Shown piece after piece: positions 61,720-64,000 of a stretch of 64,000 bases of DNA (positions are counted from its first letter, which is position 1; every line of letters begins with the position of its first letter). Under the pieces are notes generated by a model. That model was not told the DNA's origin. It worked only from the letters and a program-made list of their open reading frames with translations, and ran no database searches. The stretch comes from Hypanus sabinus. Its lineage: Eukaryota. A program made the position numbers and the translations under genes. The stretch lies in assembly GCF_030144855.1 (NCBI RefSeq), contig NC_082717.1, positions 4,216,001 to 4,280,000 on the forward strand, written 5' to 3'.

Positions 61720-62650
61720 CTATATCAGGTCCTCTGTTTTTGTGATATTAGCCGAAGATGATATGAAGATTGGTGGAGGGGCAGGTAGTGTTGAGGAAAC
61801 TGGTAGGATACAGAAGAACTTAGACAGATTAGGAGAATGGGCAAGAAAGTGGCAAATGAAATATACTATTGAAAAATGTATGGTCATGCATTTTGGTAGT
61901 AGAAATAAATGTGTGGTCTATTTTCTAAATGGGGAGAAAATCCAAAAATCTGAAATGCAAGGGGACTTGGGAGTCCTTGTGCAGAACACTGTAAAGGTTT
62001 TTTTGGTGAGGAAGGCAAATGCAATGTTAGCATTCATTTCAGGAGGTCTAGAATACAAGAGCAAGGATGTGGTGCTGAGGCTTTATAAAGCACTGATGAG
62101 GCCTCAGCTTTAGTATTGTGTGCAGTTTTGGGCTCTTTATTTTAGAAGAGATGTGCTGGCATTGGAGAGGGTCCAGAGGAGGTTCACAAGGATGATTCCA
62201 GGAATGAAAGGGCTCTCATATGAGGAATATTTGATGGCTCTGGGTCTGTACTCACTGGAATTTGGAAGGATGATGGGGATCTCATTGAAACCTTTCAAAT
62301 GTTGAAAGACCTAGACAGAGTAGATGTGGAAAGGATGTTGCCCATGGCAGGAGAGTCTATGACAAGAGGGTATAAGGGGCACCCATTCAAAACAGAGATG
62401 TGGAGAATTTTATTTTTTAGCCAGAGGGTAGTGAATTTGTGAAATTTGCTGCCACATGCTGCTGTGGAGGCCAGATCATTGGGTGTATCTAAGGCAGAGA
62501 TTGACAGGTTCTTGATTGCACATTATAGGGAGAAGGGGAGAAGGCTGGGAAATGAGGTTGAGGAGGAGAAAAAAAATCAGCCATAATTAAATGGTGGAGC
62601 CAACTCACTGGGCCAAATGGCATAATTCTGCTTCTATGTCGTATGGTCTA
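61720..62650 (+). mobile_element. CR1 RT C-terminus and 3' end
   Basis: LAEDDMKIGG, KCMVMHFG, ERVQRRFTRMIPGMKGLSYEE. Confidence 0.8.
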
Positions 62651-62939
62651 AGATGTAGTTTGGTTGATATATTAGTTTGCAGATGACACAAAAATTGGAA
62701 ATATGTGGCATTGTGGGTCATGAAAAGAGCATCAGAGCATCACAGACTATAGATCTGTTGCAGACTTTGAGCTGAGAAACGGGGAAGAGAAAACAACCTG
62801 GACAAGTGTGAGGTGATATACTTTGGGAGGTCAAATAATCGTGACAGTATAGAGTAACTGAATAGACCGTTTGGAGTATTGGCGTACAAAGGGATCTTAT
62901 GATACAAATCCATTGTTAAATGAAAGTAGCAATGCAGCC

Positions 62940-63065
62940 CTGAAGAAGGGTCTCGGCTGAAACATTGACTCTTTCTTCCTCTTCATAGATGCTGCCTGAC
63001 CTGCCGAGTTCCTCCAGCGTTGTCTCTGTGTGTTGCCCTGGATTTCCATTATCTGCAGAATTCCT
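62940..63065 (+). repeat. Penelope-derived short repeat with degenerate minimal hammerhead core
   Basis: CTGAAGA-AGGGTCTCGGCT-GAAAC followed by the common GATGCTGCCTGACCTGC.GAGTTCCTCCAGC repeat body; related copies at 27861-27892, 42665-42697 and 42931-43000. Confidence 0.5.
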
Positions 63066-64000
63066 TGAGTTTATGATTGCAAGTAAAAAATGCATAAGGC
63101 TTGTTTGCCTCATTGTCAGGGTGATGAACATGGAGTCATGCAGCAGCTCGGTAAAGTTCTGCTTAGGAAACATTTCCTGTTCAGTTCTGGTTGCCCCATT
63201 ACAGGAAGGATGTGGAGCCTTTGGAGAGGAGGCAGAAGAGGTTCACCAGGATGTGGCCTGGATTGCAGAACTTTAGTTATATAGGAGTTTAGACTGACTT
63301 GAATTGGTTACTCAGGATAATTGGAGACTGAGCTGTGACCATAAATTTATGTGAAACATAGAAGATGTCGATAGAGACACAAGGGATGCTGCAGATGCTG
63401 CAAAAACTTTGGTGTCCTGACTAATCAAGAACCCATCAACCTTCGCTTTAAAAAATACTCAATGACCTGGCCTCCACAGTAGTCTATGGCAATGAATTCC
63501 ACAGATTCACTACCCTGAAACTATTCTCCTCATCTCTGTTATAAATGGGCATCCCCCTAATCTGATGCTGTGCCCTCTGGTTCTAGACTTGCCCACTATA
63601 GGAAACATCCTCTCCACATCCCCTCTATCTGGGCCTATCAATATCTGATAGTTTTCATTAAGATCACCCTTTATTCTTCTAAATTCCAGTAAGTACAGGC
63701 CCAGGGCCATCAAATGCTCCTTGTACATCAATCTTTTCATTCTTGTAAACATCCTCTGGACTCTCTTCAATTTCATCACATATTTTCTGAGGTAACTGTG
63801 CAAAATCTCATTATTATCCTCATTGTTTTAATCATGCCTGCAGTCCAGTCAATGTCCGGTTTTATTCAGATGGTATCTGCTGTCCCTTTGGGTGATTTTG
63901 TCTTTCAATACCTGAGTCCGTGCAATGGTTGTCCCTCACCTTGCATTTGTCTATTCACAGGACACAATGTCACTGGCAATACCAGTATTTATCCTCTTTC

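Overview
Repeat-dense vertebrate genomic DNA, very probably from a cartilaginous fish (ray/skate type). The evidence is abundant CR1/HER1-type LINEs, V-SINE-like cores, fish-type L1, Tx1, HERO-like, L2, Gypsy and hAT remnants. This taxon call is inference from repeat content. Almost all long ORFs in the track are retroelement fragments or minisatellite artefacts. Hidden on the minus strand, and mostly invisible to the ORF track, is a ~40 kb multi-exon gene for a non-rearranging immunoglobulin-superfamily receptor. It has (i) a germline-joined VJ-type V exon (59830-59486), (ii) a second V exon that stops after the C strand (58487/58478-58341), (iii) an uncharged transmembrane exon (41677-41533), (iv) two 44-nt cytoplasmic exons (27507-27464 and 21498-21455) and (v) a terminal exon (19636-19520). 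All splice phases chain in frame. The 81-aa tail carries IVYETV (ITIM), MFYADI (ITIM-like) and TEYAVI (ITSM), the signature of an inhibitory immune receptor. No leader exon was found, so it probably lies beyond position 64000. Introns and the flank contain nested transposons with readable target-site duplications, three minisatellites, a ~1.2 kb inverted duplicate carrying an RNase H fragment, and one 139-N assembly gap just upstream of the TM exon.
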